Source: the human T2T-CHM13v2.0 reference genome, Homo sapiens. Taken from it: 64,000 nucleotides of DNA. The position numbers and the translations under genes were made by a program. Position 1 is the stretch's first letter. Each line of letters opens with the position of its first letter. The notes under the pieces are model-generated. The model saw nothing but the letters and a program-made list of their open reading frames with translations, did no database searches and was not told the DNA's origin. The stretch lies in assembly GCF_009914755.1 (NCBI RefSeq), contig NC_060931.1. One strand, written 5' to 3'. Positions 1-14,200 of this stretch are shown one piece after another.

Positions 1-211
1 TTGTGGAGTTTGCAAGTGGAGATTTCAAGCGATTTGATGCCAACAGTAGAAAAGGAAATATCTTCAAATAAAAACTAGACAGAATCATTCTCAGAAACTA
101 CTTTGTGATGTGTGCCTTCAACTCACAGAGTTTAACCTTTCTTTTCTTAGAGCAGTTTAGAAACACTCTGCTTGTTATGTCTGCAAGTGGATATTTGGAC
201 CTCTTTGAGGC

Positions 212-228
212 CTTCGTTGCAAACGGGG
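212..228 (+). promoter_or_regulatory. CENP-B box, variant form CTTCGTTGCAAACGGGG with the core intact; recurs every 1022 bp
   Basis: Matches the 9 essential positions of NTTCGNNNNANNCGGGN. It differs from the canonical box only at non-core positions. Confidence 0.9.
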
Positions 229-553
229 TTTCTTCCTTTCATGCTAGACTAAGAAGAGTTCTCAGTAACTTTTTTGTGTTGTGTGTATTCAACTCACAGA
301 GTTGAACCTTGCTTTAGAGAGAGCAGATTTGAAACACTCTTGCTGTGGCATTTTCAGGTGGAGATTTCAAGCGATTTGAGGACAATTGCAGAAAAGGAAA
401 TATCTTCGTATAATAACCAGACAGAATCATTCTCAGAAAGTGCTTTGTGATGTGTGCGTTCAACTCACAGAGTTTAACCTTTCTTTTCATAGAGGAGTTT
501 GGAAACACACTGTTTGTAAAGTCTGCAAGTGGATATATGGACCTGTTTGAGGC

Positions 554-570
554 CTTCGTTGGAAACGGGA
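554..570 (+). promoter_or_regulatory. CENP-B box, canonical CTTCGTTGGAAACGGGA; recurs every 1022 bp
   Basis: Exact match to the canonical 17-bp CENP-B box, 342 bp after the previous box. Confidence 0.97.
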
Positions 571-893
571 TTTCTTCATTGAATGCTAGACGGAAGAATT
601 CTCAGTAAATTCTTTGTGTTGTGTGCATTCAACTCACAGAGTGGAACGTCCCTTTAGACAGAGCAGATTTGAAACACTCTTTTTGCGGAATTTGCAAGTG
701 GAGATTTCTAGCCATTTGATGCCAACAGTAGAAAGGGAAATATCTTCAAATAAAAACCAGACAGAATCATTCTCAGAAAATTCTTTGTGATGTGTGCGTT
801 CAACTCACATAGTTTAACCTTTCTTTTCATAGAGCAGTTTGGAAACACTCTGTTTGTAAAGTCTGCAAGTGGATATATGGACCGCATTGAGGC

Positions 894-910
894 CTTCGTT
901 GGAAACGGGA
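894..910 (+). promoter_or_regulatory. CENP-B box, canonical CTTCGTTGGAAACGGGA; recurs every 1022 bp
   Basis: Exact match, 340 bp after the previous box. Three boxes per HOR give 188 box positions in the window, and I saw 6 with a disrupted core. Confidence 0.97.
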
Positions 911-1062
911 TTTCTTCATTTCATGCTAGACAGAAGAATTCTCAGTAACTTCTTTGTGCTGTGTGTATTCAACTCACAGAGTGGAACGTCCCTTTGCACA
1001 GAGCAGATTTGAAACACTCTTTTTGTGGAGTTTGCAAGTGGAGATTTCAAGCGATTTGATGC

Positions 1063-1079
1063 CAACAGTAGAAAAGGAA
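1063..1079 (-). promoter_or_regulatory. Degenerate pJ-alpha-box-like site of an A-type monomer; recurs in alternate monomers
   Basis: Plus-strand CAACAGTAGAAAAGGAA sits at the position homologous to the CENP-B box. It matches the reverse complement of the pJ-alpha consensus as I recall it (TTCCTTTTYCACCRTAG) at about 14 of 17 positions. Binding is not demonstrated. Confidence 0.5.
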
Positions 1080-4000
1080 ATATCTTCAAATAAAAACTAG
1101 ACAGAATCATTCTCAGAAACTACTTTGTGATGTGTGCCTTCAACTCACAGAGTTTAACCTTTCTTTTCTTAGAGCAGTTTAGAAACACTCTGCTTGTTAT
1201 GTCTGCAAGTGGATATTTGGACCTCTTTGAGGCCTTCGTTGCAAACGGGGTTTCTTCCTTTCATGCTAGACTAAGAAGTGTTCTCAGTAACTTTTTTGTG
1301 TTGCGTGTATTCAACTCACAGAGTTGAACCTTGCTTTAGAGAGAGCAGATTTGAAACACTCTTGCTGTGGCATTTTCAGGTGGAGATTTCAAGCGATTTG
1401 AGGACAATTGCAGAAAAGGAAATATCTTCGTATAATAACCAGACAGAATCATTCTCAGAAAGTGCTTTGTGATGTGTGCGTTCAACTCACAGAGTTTAAC
1501 CTTTCTTTTCATAGAGGAGTTTGGAAACACACTGTTTGTAAAGTCTGCAAGTGGATACATGGACCTGTTTGAGGCCTTCGTTGGAAACGGGATTTCTTCA
1601 TTGAATGCTAGACGGAAGAATTCTCAGTAAATTCTTTGTGTTGTGTGCATTCAACTCACAGAGTGGAACGTCCCTTTAGACAGAGCAGATTTGAAACACT
1701 CTTTTTGCGGAATTTGCAAGTGGAGATTTCTAGCCATTTGATGCCAACAGTAGAAAGGGAAATATCTTCAAATAAAAACCAGACAGAATCATTCTCAGAA
1801 AATTCTTTGTGATGTGTGCGTTCAACTCACATAGTTTAACCTTTCTTTTCATAGAGCAGTTTTGAAACACTCTGTTTGTAAAGTCTGCAAGTGGATATAT
1901 GGACCGCATTGAGGCCTTCGTTGGAAACGGGATTTCTTCATTTCATGCTAGACAGAAGAATTCTCAGTAACTTCTTTGTGCTGTGTGTATTCAACTCACA
2001 GAGTGGAACGTCCCTTTGCACAGAGCAGATTTGAAACACTCTTTTTGTGGAGTTTGCAAGTGGAGATTTCAAGCGATTTGATGCCAACAGTAGAAAAGGA
2101 AATATCTTCAAATAAAAACTAGACAGAATCATTCTCAGAAACTACTTTGTGATGTGTGCCTTCAACTCACAGAGTTTAACCTTTCTTTTCTTAGAGCAGT
2201 TTAGAAACACTCTGCTTGTTATGTCTGCAAGTGGATATTTGGACCTCTTTGAGGCCTTCGTTGCAAACGGGGTTTCTTCCTTTCATGCTAGACTAAGAAG
2301 AGTTCTCAGTAACTTTTTTGTGTTGTGTGTATTCAACTCACAGAGTTGAACCTTGCTTTAGAGAGAGCAGATTTGAAACACTCTTGCTGTGGCATTTTCA
2401 GGTGGAGATTTCAAGCGATTTGAGGACAATTGCAGAAAAGGAAATATCTTCGTATAATAACCAGACAGAATCATTCTCAGAAAGTGCTTTGTGATGTGTG
2501 CGTTCAACTCACAGAGTTTAACCTTTCTTTTCATAGAGGAGTTTGGAAACACACTGTTTGTAAAGTCTGCAAGTGGATATATGGACCTGTTTGAGGCCTT
2601 CGTTGGAAACGGGATTTCTTCATTGAATGCTAGACGGAAGAATTCTCAGTAAATTCTTTGTGTTGTGTGCATTCAACTCACAGAGTGGAACGTCCCTTTA
2701 GACAGAGCAGATTTGAAACACTCTTTTTGCGGAATTTGCAAGTGGAGATTTCTAGCCATTTGATGCCAACAGTAGAAAGGGAAATATCTTCAAATAAAAA
2801 CCAGACAGAATCATTCTCAGAAAATTCTTTGTGATGTGTGCGTTCAACTCACATAGTTTAACCTTTCTTTTCATAGAGCAGTTTGGAAACACTCTGTTTG
2901 TAAAGTCTGCAAGTGGATATATGGACCGCATTGAGGCCTTCGTTGGAAACGGGATTTCTTCATTTCATGCTAGACAGAAGAATTCTCAGTAACTTCTTTG
3001 TGCTGTGTGTATTCAACTCACAGAGTGGAACGTCCCTTTGCACAGAGCAGATTTGAAACACTCTTTTTGTGGAGTTTGCAAGTGGAGATTTCAAGCGATT
3101 TGATGCCAACAGTAGAAAAGGAAATATCTTCAAATAAAAACTAGACAGAATCATTCTCAGAAACTACTTTGTGATGTGTGCCTTCAACTCACAGAGTTTA
3201 ACCTTTCTTTTCTTAGAGCAGTTTAGAAACACTCTGCTTGTTATGTCTGCAAGTGGATATTTGGACCTCTTTGAGGCCTTCGTTGCAAACGGGGTTTCTT
3301 CCTTTCATGCTAGACTAAGAAGAGTTCTCAGTAACTTTTTTGTGTTGTGTGTATTCAACTCACAGAGTTGAACCTTGCTTTAGAGAGAGCAGATTTGAAA
3401 CACTCTTGCTGTGGCATTTTCAGGTGGAGATTTCAAGCGATTTGAGGACAATTGCAGAAAAGGAAATATCTTCGTATAATAACCAGACAGAATCATTCTC
3501 AGAAAGTGCTTTGTGATGTGTGCGTTCAACTCACAGAGTTTAACCTTTCTTTTCATAGAGGAGTTTGGAAACACACTGTTTGTAAAGTCTGCAAGTGGAT
3601 ATATGGACCTGTTTGAGGCCTTCGTTGGAAACGGGATTTCTTCATTGAATGCTAGACGGAAGAATTCTCAGTAAATTCTTTGTGTTGTGTGCATTCAACT
3701 CACAGAGTGGAACGTCCCTTTAGACAGAGCAGATTTGAAACACTCTTTTTGCGGAATTTGCAAGTGGAGATTTCTAGCCATTTGATGCCAACAGTAGAAA
3801 GGGAAATATCTTCAAATAAAAACCAGACAGAATCATTCTCAGAAAATTCTTTGTGATGTGTGCGTTCAACTCACATAGTTTAACCTTTCTTTTCATAGAG
3901 CAGTTTGGAAACACTCTGTTTGTAAAGTCTGCAAGTGGATATATGGACCGCATTGAGGCCTTCGTTGGAAACGGGATTTCTTCATTTCATGCTAGACAGA

Positions 4001-7000
4001 AGAATTCTCAGTAACTTCTTTGTGCTGTGTGTATTCAACTCACAGAGTGGAACGTCCCTTTACACAGAGCAGATTTGAAACACTCTTTTTGTGGAGTTTG
4101 CAAGTGGAGATTTCAAGCGATTTGATGCCAACAGTAGAAAAGGAAATATCTTCAAATAAAAACTAGACAGAATCATTCTCAGAAACTACTTTGTGATGTG
4201 TGCCTTCAACTCACAGAGTTTAACCTTTCTTTTCTTAGAGCAGTTTAGAAACACTCTGCTTGTTATGTCTGCAAGTGGATATTTGGACCTCTTTGAGGCC
4301 TTCGTTGCAAACGGGGTTTCTTCCTTTCATGCTAGACTAAGAAGAGTTCTCAGTAACTTTTTTGTGTTGTGTGTATTCAACTCACAGAGTTGAACCTTGC
4401 TTTAGAGAGAGCAGATTTGAAACACTCTTGCTGTGGCATTTTCAGGTGGAGATTTCAAGCGATATGAGGACAATTGCAGAAAAGGAAATATCTTCGTATA
4501 ATAACCAGACAGAATCATTCTCAGAAAGTGCTTTGTGATGTGTGCGTTCAACTCACAGAGTTTAACCTTTCTTTTCATAGAGGAGTTTGGAAACACACTG
4601 TTTGTAAAGTCTGCAAGTGGATATATGGACCTGTTTGAGGCCTTCGTTGGAAACGGGATTTCTTCATTGAATGCTAGACGGAAGAATTCTCAGTAAATTC
4701 TTTGTGTTGTGTGCATTCAACTCACAGAGTGGAACGTCCCTTTAGACAGAGCAGATTTGAAACACTCTTTTTGCGGAATTTGCAAGTGGAGATTTCTAGC
4801 CATTTGATGCCAACAGTAGAAAGGGAAATATCTTCAAATAAAAACCAGACAGAATCATTCTCAGAAAATTCTTTGTGATGTGTGCGTTCAACTCACATAG
4901 TTTAACCTTTCTTTTCATAGAGCAGTTTGGAAACACTCTGTTTGTAAAGTCTGCAAGTGGATCTATGGACCGCATTGAGGCCTTCGTTGGAAACGGGATT
5001 TCTTCATTTCATGCTAGACAGAAGAATTCTCAGTAACTTCTTTGTGCTGTGTGTATTCAACTCACAGAGTGGAACGTCCCTTTGCACAGAGCAGATTTGA
5101 AACACTCTTTTTGTGGAGTTTGCAAGTGGAGATTTCAAGCGATTTGATGCCAACAGTAGAAAAGGAAATATCTTCAAATAAAAACTAGACAGAATCATTC
5201 TCAGAAACTACTTTGTGATGTGTGCCTTCAACTCACAGAGTTTAACCTTTCTTTTCTTAGAGCAGTTTAGAAACACTCTGCTTGTTATGTCTGCAAGTGG
5301 ATATTTGGACCTCTTTGAGGCCTTCGTTGCAAACGGGGTTTCTTCCTTTCATGCTAGACTAAGAAGAGTTCTCAGTAACTTTTTTGTGTTGTGTGTATTC
5401 AACTCACAGAGTTGAACCTTGCTTTAGAGAGAGCAGATTTGAAACACTCTTGCTGTGGCATTTTCAGGTGGAGATTTCAAGCGATTTGAGGACAATTGCA
5501 GAAAAGGAAATATCTTCGTATAATAACCAGACAGAATCATTCTCAGAAAGTGCTTTGTGATGTGTGCGTTCAACTCACAGAGTTTAACCTTTCTTTTCAT
5601 AGAGGAGTTTGGAAACACACTGTTTGTAAAGTCTGCAAGTGGATATATGGACCTGTTTGAGGCCTTCGTTGGAAACGGGATTTCTTCATTGAATGCTAGA
5701 CGGAAGAATTCTCAGTAAATTCTTTGTGTTGTGTGCATTCAACTCACAGAGTGGAACGTCCCTTTAGACAGAGCAGATTTGAAACACTCTTTTTGCGGAA
5801 TTTGCAAGTGGAGATTTCTAGCCATTTGATGCCAACAGTAGAAAGGGAAATATCTTCAAATAAAAACCAGACAGAATCATTCTCAGAAAATTCTTTGTGA
5901 TGTGTGCGTTCAACTCACATAGTTTAACCTTTCTTTTCATAGAGCAGTTTGGAAACACTCTGTTTGTAAAGTCTGCAAGTGGATATATGGACCGCATTGA
6001 GGCCTTCGTTGGAAACGGGATTTCTTCATTTCATGCTAGACAGAAGAATTCTCAGTAACTTCTTTGTGCTGTGTGTATTCAACTCACAGAGTGGAACGTC
6101 CCTTTGCACAGAGCAGATTTGAAACACTCTTTTTGTGGAGTTTGCAAGTGGAGATTTCAAGCGATTTGATGCCAACAGTAGAAAAGGAAATATCTTCAAA
6201 TAAAAACTAGACAGAATCATTCTCAGAAACTACTTTGTGATGTGTGCCTTCAACTCACAGAGTTTAACCTTTCTTTTCTTAGAGCAGTTTAGAAACACTC
6301 TGCTTGTTATGTCTGCAAGTGGATATTTGGACCTCTTTGAGGCCTTCGTTGCAAACGGGGTTTCTTCCTTTCATGCTAGACTAAGAAGAGTTCTCAGTAA
6401 CTTTTTTGTGTTGTGTGTATTCAACTCACAGAGTTGAACCTTGCTTTAGAGAGAGCAGATTTGAAACACTCTTGCTGTGGCATTTTCAGGTGGAGATTTC
6501 AAGCGATTTGAGGACAATTGCAGAAAAGGAAATATCTTCGTATAATAACCAGACAGAATCATTCTCAGAAAGTGCTTTGTGATGTGTGCGTTCAACTCAC
6601 AGAGTTTAACCTTTCTTTTCATAGAGGAGTTTGGAAACACACTGTTTGTAAAGTCTGCAAGTGGATACATGGACCTGTTTGAGGCCTTCGTTGGAAACGG
6701 GATTTCTTCATTGAATGCTAGACGGAAGAATTCTCAGTAAATTCTTTGTGTTGTGTGCATTCAACTCACAGAGTGGAACGTCCCTTTAGACAGAGCAGAT
6801 TTGAAACACTCTTTTTGCGGAATTTGCAAGTGGAGATTTCTAGCCATTTGATGCCAACAGTAGAAAGGGAAATATCTTCAAATAAAAACCAGACAGAATC
6901 ATTCTCAGAAAATTCTTTGTGATGTGTGCGTTCAACTCACATAGTTTAACCTTTCTTTTCATAGAGCAGTTTGGAAACACTCTGTTTGTAAAGTCTGCAA

Positions 7001-8261
7001 GTGGATATATGGACCGCATTGAGGCCTTCGTTGGAAACGGGATTTCTTCATTTCATGCTAGACAGAAGAATTCTCAGTAACTTCTTTGTGCTGTGTGTAT
7101 TCAACTCACAGAGTGGAACGTCCCTTTGCACAGAGCAGATTTGAAACACTCTTTTTGTGGAGTTTGCAAGTGGAGATTTCAAGCGATTTGATGCCAACAG
7201 TAGAAAAGGAAATATCTTCAAATAAAAACTAGACAGAATCATTCTCAGAAACTACTTTGTGATGTGTGCCTTCAACTCACAGAGTTTAACCTTTCTTTTC
7301 TTAGAGCAGTTTAGAAACACTCTGCTTGTTATGTCTGCAAGTGGATATTTGGACCTCTTTGAGGCCTTCGTTGCAAACGGGGTTTCTTCCTTTCATGCTA
7401 GACTAAGAAGAGTTCTCAGTAACTTTTTTGTGTTGTGTGTATTCAACTCACAGAGTTGAACCTTGCTTTAGAGAGAGCAGATTTGAAACACTCTTGCTGT
7501 GGCATTTTCAGGTGGAGATTTCAAGCGATTTGAGGACAATTGCAGAAAAGGAAATATCTTCGTATAATAACCAGACAGAATCATTCTCAGAAAGTGCTTT
7601 GTGATGTGTGCGTTCAACTCACAGAGTTTAACCTTTCTTTTCATAGAGGAGTTTGGAAACACACTGTTTGTAAAGTCTGCAAGTGGATATATGGACCTGT
7701 TTGAGGCCTTCGTTGGAAACGGGATTTCTTCATTGAATGCTAGACGGAAGAATTCTCAGTAAATTCTTTGTGTTGTGTGCATTCAACTCACAGAGTGGAA
7801 CGTCCCTTTAGACAGAGCAGATTTGAAACACTCTTTTTGCGGAATTTGCAAGTGGAGATTTCTAGCCATTTGATGCCAACAGTAGAAAGGGAAATATCTT
7901 CAAATAAAAACCAGACAGAATCATTCTCAGAAAATTCTTTGTGATGTGTGCGTTCAACTCACATAGTTTAACCTTTCTTTTCATAGAGCAGTTTGGAAAC
8001 ACTCTGTTTGTAAAGTCTGCAAGTGGATATATGGACCGCATTGAGGCCTTCGTTGGAAACGGGATTTCTTCATTTCATGCTAGACAGAAGAATTCTCAGT
8101 AACTTCTTTGTGCTGTGTGTATTCAACTCACAGAGTGGAACGTCCCTTTACACAGAGCAGATTTGAAACACTCTTTTTGTGGAGTTTGCAAGTGGAGATT
8201 TCAAGCGATTTGATGCCAACAGTAGAAAAGGAAATATCTTCAAATAAAAACTAGACAGAAT

Positions 8262-11200
8262 CATTCTCAGAAACTACTTTGTGATGTGTGCCTTCAACTC
8301 ACAGAGTTTAACCTTTCTTTTCTTAGAGCAGTTTAGAAACACTCTGCTTGTTACGTCTGCAAGTGGATATTTGGACCTCTTTGAGGCCTTCGTTGCAAAC
8401 GGGGTTTCTTCCTTTCATGCTAGACTAAGAAGAGTTCTCAGTAACTTTTTTGTGTTGTGTGTATTCAACTCACAGAGTTGAACCTTGCTTTAGAGAGAGC
8501 AGATTTGAAACACTCTTGCTGTGGCATTTTCAGGTGGAGATTTCAAGCGATATGAGGACAATTGCAGAAAAGGAAATATCTTCGTATAATAACCAGACAG
8601 AATCATTCTCAGAAAGTGCTTTGTGATGTGTGCGTTCAACTCACAGAGTTTAACCTTTCTTTTCATAGAGGAGTTTGGAAACACACTGTTTGTAAAGTCT
8701 GCAAGTGGATACATGGACCTGTTTGAGGCCTTCGTTGGAAACGGGATTTCTTCATTGAATGCTAGACGGAAGAATTCTCAGTAAATTCTTTGTGTTGTGT
8801 GCATTCAACTCACAGAGTGGAACGTCCCTTTAGACAGAGCAGATTTGAAACACTCTTTTTGCGGAATTTGCAAGTGGAGATTTCTAGCCATTTGATGCCA
8901 ACAGTAGAAAGGGAAATATCTTCAAATAAAAACCAGACAGAATCATTCTCAGAAAATTCTTTGTGATGTGTGCGTTCAACTCACATAGTTTAACCTTTCT
9001 TTTCATAGAGCAGTTTGGAAACACTCTGTTTGTAAAGTCTGCAAGTGGATATATGGACCGCATTGAGGCCTTCGTTGGAAACGGGATTTCTTCATTTCAT
9101 GCTAGACAGAAGAATTCTCAGTAACTTCTTTGTGCTGTGTGTATTCAACTCACAGAGTGGAACGTCCCTTTGCACAGAGCAGATTTGAAACACTCTTTTT
9201 GTGGAGTTTGCAAGTGGAGATTTCAAGCGATTTGATGCCAACAGTAGAAAAGGAAATATCTTCAAATAAAAACTAGACAGAATCATTCTCAGAAACTACT
9301 TTGTGATGTGTGCCTTCAACTCACAGAGTTTAACCTTTCTTTTCTTAGAGCAGTTTAGAAACACTCTGCTTGTTATGTCTGCAAGTGGATATTTGGACCT
9401 CTTTGAGGCCTTCGTTGCAAACGGGGTTTCTTCCTTTCATGCTAGACTAAGAAGAGTTCTCAGTAACTTTTTTGTGTTGTGTGTATTCAACTCACAGAGT
9501 TGAACCTTGCTTTAGAGAGAGCAGATTTGAAACACTCTTGCTGTGGCATTTTCAGGTGGAGATTTCAAGCGATTTGAGGACAATTGCAGAAAAGGAAATA
9601 TCTTCGTATAATAACCAGACAGAATCATTCTCAGAAAGTGCTTTGTGATGTGTGCGTTCAACTCACAGAGTTTTACCTTTCTTTTCATAGAGGAGTTTGG
9701 AAACACACTGTTTGTAAAGTCTGCAAGTGGATATATGGACCTGTTTGAGGCCTTCGTTGGAAACGGGATTTCTTCATTGAATGCTAGACGGAAGAATTCT
9801 CAGTAAATTCTTTGTGTTGTGTGCATTCAACTCACAGAGTGGAACGTCCCTTTAGACAGAGCAGATTTGAAACACTCTTTTTGCGGAATTTGCAAGTGGA
9901 GATTTCTAGCCATTTGATGCCTACAGTAGAAAGGGAAATATCTTCAAATAAAAACCAGACAGAATCATTCTCAGAAAATTCTTTGTGATGTGTGCGTTCA
10001 ACTCACATAGTTTAACCTTTCTTTTCATAGAGCAGTTTGGAAACACTCTGTTTGTAAAGTCTGCAAGTGGATATATGGACCGCATTGAGGCCTTCGTTGG
10101 AAACGGGATTTCTTCATTTCATGCTAGACAGAAGAATTCTCAGTAACTTCTTTGTGCTGTGTGTATTCAACTCACAGAGTGGAACGTCCCTTTGCACAGA
10201 GCAGATTTGAAACACTCTTTTTGTGGAGTTTGCAAGTGGAGATTTCAAGCGATTTGATGCCAACAGTAGAAAAGGAAATATCTTCAAATAAAAACTAGAC
10301 AGAATCATTCTCAGAAACTACTTTGTGATGTGTGCCTTCAACTCACAGAGTTTAACCTTTCTTTTCTTAGAGCAGTTTAGAAACACTCTGCTTGTTACGT
10401 CTGCAAGTGGATATTTGGACCTCTTTGAGGCCTTCGTTGCAAACGGGGTTTCTTCCTTTCATGCTAGACTAAGAAGAGTTCTCAGTAACTTTTTTGTGTT
10501 GTGTGTATTCAACTCACAGAGTTGAACCTTGCTTTAGAGAGAGCAGATTTGAAACACTCTTGCTGTGGCATTTTCAGGTGGAGATTTCAAGCGATTTGAG
10601 GACAATTGCAGAAAAGGAAATATCTTCGTATAATAACCAGACAGAATCATTCTCAGAAAGTGCTTTGTGATGTGTGCGTTCAACTCACAGAGTTTAACCT
10701 TTCTTTTCATAGAGGAGTTTGGAAACACACTGTTTGTAAAGTCTGCAAGTGGATACATGGACCTGTTTGAGGCCTTCGTTGGAAACGGGATTTCTTCATT
10801 GAATGCTAGACGGAAGAATTCTCAGTAAATTCTTTGTGTTGTGTGCATTCAACTCACAGAGTGGAACGTCCCTTTAGACAGAGCAGATTTGAAACACTCT
10901 TTTTGCGGAATTTGCAAGTGGAGATTTCTAGCCATTTGATGCCAACAGTAGAAAGGGAAATATCTTCAAATAAAAACCAGACAGAATCATTCTCAGAAAA
11001 TTCTTTGTGATGTGTGCGTTCAACTCACATAGTTTAACCTTTCTTTTCATAGAGCAGTTTGGAAACACTCTGTTTGTAAAGTCTGCAAGTGGATATATGG
11101 ACCGCATTGAGGCCTTCGTTGGAAACGGGATTTCTTCATTTCATGCTAGACAGAAGAATTCTCAGTAACTTCTTTGTGCTGTGTGTATTCAACTCACAGA

Positions 11201-14200
11201 GTGGAACGTCCCTTTGCACAGAGCAGATTTGAAACACTCTTTTTGTGGAGTTTGCAAGTGGAGATTTCAAGCGATTTGATGCCAACAGTAGAAAAGGAAA
11301 TATCTTCAAATAAAAACTAGACAGAATCATTCTCAGGAACTACTTTGTGATGTGTGCCTTCAACTCACAGAGTTTAACCTTTCTTTTCGTAGAGCAGTTT
11401 AGAAACACTCTGCTTGTTACGTCTGCAAGTGGATATTTGGACCTCTTTGAGGCCTTCGTTGCAAACGGGGTTTCTTCCTTTCATGCTAGACTAAGAAGAG
11501 TTCTCAGTAACTTTTTTGTGTTGTGTGTATTCAACTCACAGAGTTGAACCTTGCTTTAGAGAGAGCAGATTTGAAACACTCTTGCTGTGGCATTTTCAGG
11601 TGGAGATTTCAAGCGATATGAGGACAATTGCAGAAAAGGAAATATCTTCGTATAATAACCAGACAGAATCATTCTCAGAAAGTGCTTTGTGATGTGTGCG
11701 TTCAACTCACAGAGTTTAACCTTTCTTTTCATAGAGGAGTTTGGAAACACACTGTTTGTAAAGTCTGCAAGTGGATATATGGACCTGTTTGAGGCCTTCG
11801 TTGGAAACGGGATTTCTTCATTGAATGCTAGACGGAAGAATTCTCAGTAAATTCTTTGTGTTGTGTGCATTCAACTCACAGAGTGGAACGTCCCTTTAGA
11901 CAGAGCAGATTTGAAACACTCTTTTTGCGGAATTTGCAAGTGGAGATTTCTAGCCATTTGATGCCAACAGTAGAAAGGGAAATATCTTCAAATAAAAACC
12001 AGACAGAATCATTCTCAGAAAATTCTTTGTGATGTGTGCGTTCAACTCACATAGTTTAACCTTTCTTTTCATAGAGCAGTTTGGAAACACTCTGTTTGTA
12101 AAGTCTGCAAGTGGATATATGGACCGCATTGAGGCCTTCGTTGGAAACGGGATTTCTTCATTTCATGCTAGACAGAAGAATTCTCAGTAACTTCTTTGTG
12201 CTGTGTGTATTCAACTCACAGAGTGGAACATCCCTTTGCACAGAGCAGATTTGAAACACTCTTTTTGTGGAGTTTGCAAGTGGAGATTTCAAGCGATTTG
12301 ATGCCAACAGTAGAAAAGGAAATATCTTCAAATAAAAACTAGACAGAATCATTCTCAGAAACTACTTTGTGATGTGTGCCTTCAACTCACAGAGTTTAAC
12401 CTTTCTTTTCTTAGAGCAGTTTAGAAACACTCTGCTTGTTATGTCTGCAAGTGGATATTTGGACCTCTTTGAGGCCTTCGTTGCAAACGGGGTTTCTTCC
12501 TTTCATGCTAGACTAAGAAGAGTTCTCAGTAACTTTTTTGTGTTGTGTGTATTCAACTCACAGAGTTGAACCTTGCTTTAGAGAGAGCAGATTTGAAACA
12601 CTCTTGCTGTGGCATTTTCAGGTGGAGATTTCAAGCGATTTGAGGACAATTGCAGAAAAGGAAATATCTTCGTATAATAACCAGACAGAATCATTCTCAG
12701 AAAGTGCTTTGTGATGTGTGCGTTCAACTCACAGAGTTTAACCTTTCTTTTCATAGAGGAGTTTGGAAACACACTGTTTGTAAAGACTGCAAGTGGATAT
12801 ATGGACCTGTTTGAGGCCTTCGTTGGAAACGGGATTTCTTCATTGAATGCTAGACGGAAGAATTCTCAGTAAATTCTTTGTGTTGTGTGCATTCAACTCA
12901 CAGAGTGGAACGTCCCTTTAGACAGAGCAGATTTGAAACACTCTTTTTGCGGAATTTGCATGTGGAGATTTCTAGCCATTTGATGCCTACAGTAGAAAGG
13001 GAAATATCTTCAAATAAAAACCAGACAGAATCATTCTCAGAAAATTCTTTGTGATGTGTGCGTTCAACTCACATAGTTTAACCTTTCTTTTCATAGAGCA
13101 GTTTGGAAACACTCTGTTTGTAAAGTCTGCAAGTGGATATATGGACCGCATTGAGGCCTTCGTTGGAAACGGGATTTCTTCATTTCATGCTAGACAGAAG
13201 AATTCTCAGTAACTTCTTTGTGCTGTGTGTATTCAACTCACAGAGTGGAACATCCCTTTGCACAGAGCAGATTTGAAACACTCTTTTTGTGGAGTTTGCA
13301 AGTGGAGATTTCAAGCGATTTGATGCCAACAGTAGAAAAGGAAATATCTTCAAATAAAAACTAGACAGAATCATTCTCAGAAACTACTTTGTGATGTGTG
13401 CCTTCAACTCACAGAGTTTAACCTTTCTTTTCTTAGAGCAGTTTAGAAACACTCTGCTTGTTATGTCTGCAAGTGGATATTTGGACCTCTTTGAGGCCTT
13501 CGTTGCAAACGGGGTTTCTTCCTTTCATGCTAGACTAAGAAGAGTTCTCAGTAACTTTTTTGTGTTGTGTGTATTCAACTCACAGAGTTGAACCTTGCTT
13601 TAGAGAGAGCAGATTTGAAACACTCTTGCTGTGGCATTTTCAGGTGGAGATTTCAAGCGATTTGAGGACAATTGCAGAAAAGGAAATATCTTCGTATAAT
13701 AACCAGACAGAATCATTCTCAGAAAGTGCTTTGTGATGTGTGCGTTCAACTCACAGAGTTTAACCTTTCTTTTCATAGAGGAGTTTGGAAACACACTGTT
13801 TGTAAAGTCTGCAAGTGGATACATGGACCTGTTTGAGGCCTTCGTTGGAAACGGGATTTCTTCATTGAATGCTAGACGGAAGAATTCTCAGTAAATTCTT
13901 TGTGTTGTGTGCATTCAACTCACAGAGTGGAACGTCCCTTTAGACAGAGCAGATTTGAAACACTCTTTTTGCGGAATTTGCAAGTGGAGATTTCTAGCCA
14001 TTTGATGCCAACAGTAGAAAGGGAAATATCTTCAAATAAAAACCAGACAGAATCATTCTCAGAAAATTCTTTGTGATGTGTGCGTTCAACTCACATAGTT
14101 TAACCTTTCTTTTCATAGAGCAGTTTGGAAACACTCTGTTTGTAAAGTCTGCAAGTGGATATATGGACCGCATTGAGGCCTTCGTTGGAAACGGGATTTC

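Larger units (their letters stand above)
86..1107 (+). repeat. First complete HOR unit, consensus-like: monomers 86-256 (B, 171 bp), 257-427 (A, 171), 428-596 (B, 169), 597-767 (A, 171), 768-936 (B, 169), 937-1107 (A, 171)
   Basis: Boundaries were set at the homologous NNTTCTCAG motif at 86, 257, 428, 597, 768, 937 and 1108. The lengths sum to 1022. The phase is my own convention, not the published monomer numbering. Confidence 0.95.

Noticed and set aside
409-414. TATAAT (bacterial -10-like) once per HOR, and AATAAA (polyadenylation-like) twice per HOR
   Set aside because: Short AT-rich words are expected in alphoid monomers and have no supporting context. Alpha-satellite transcription is known, but start and end sites cannot be inferred here.
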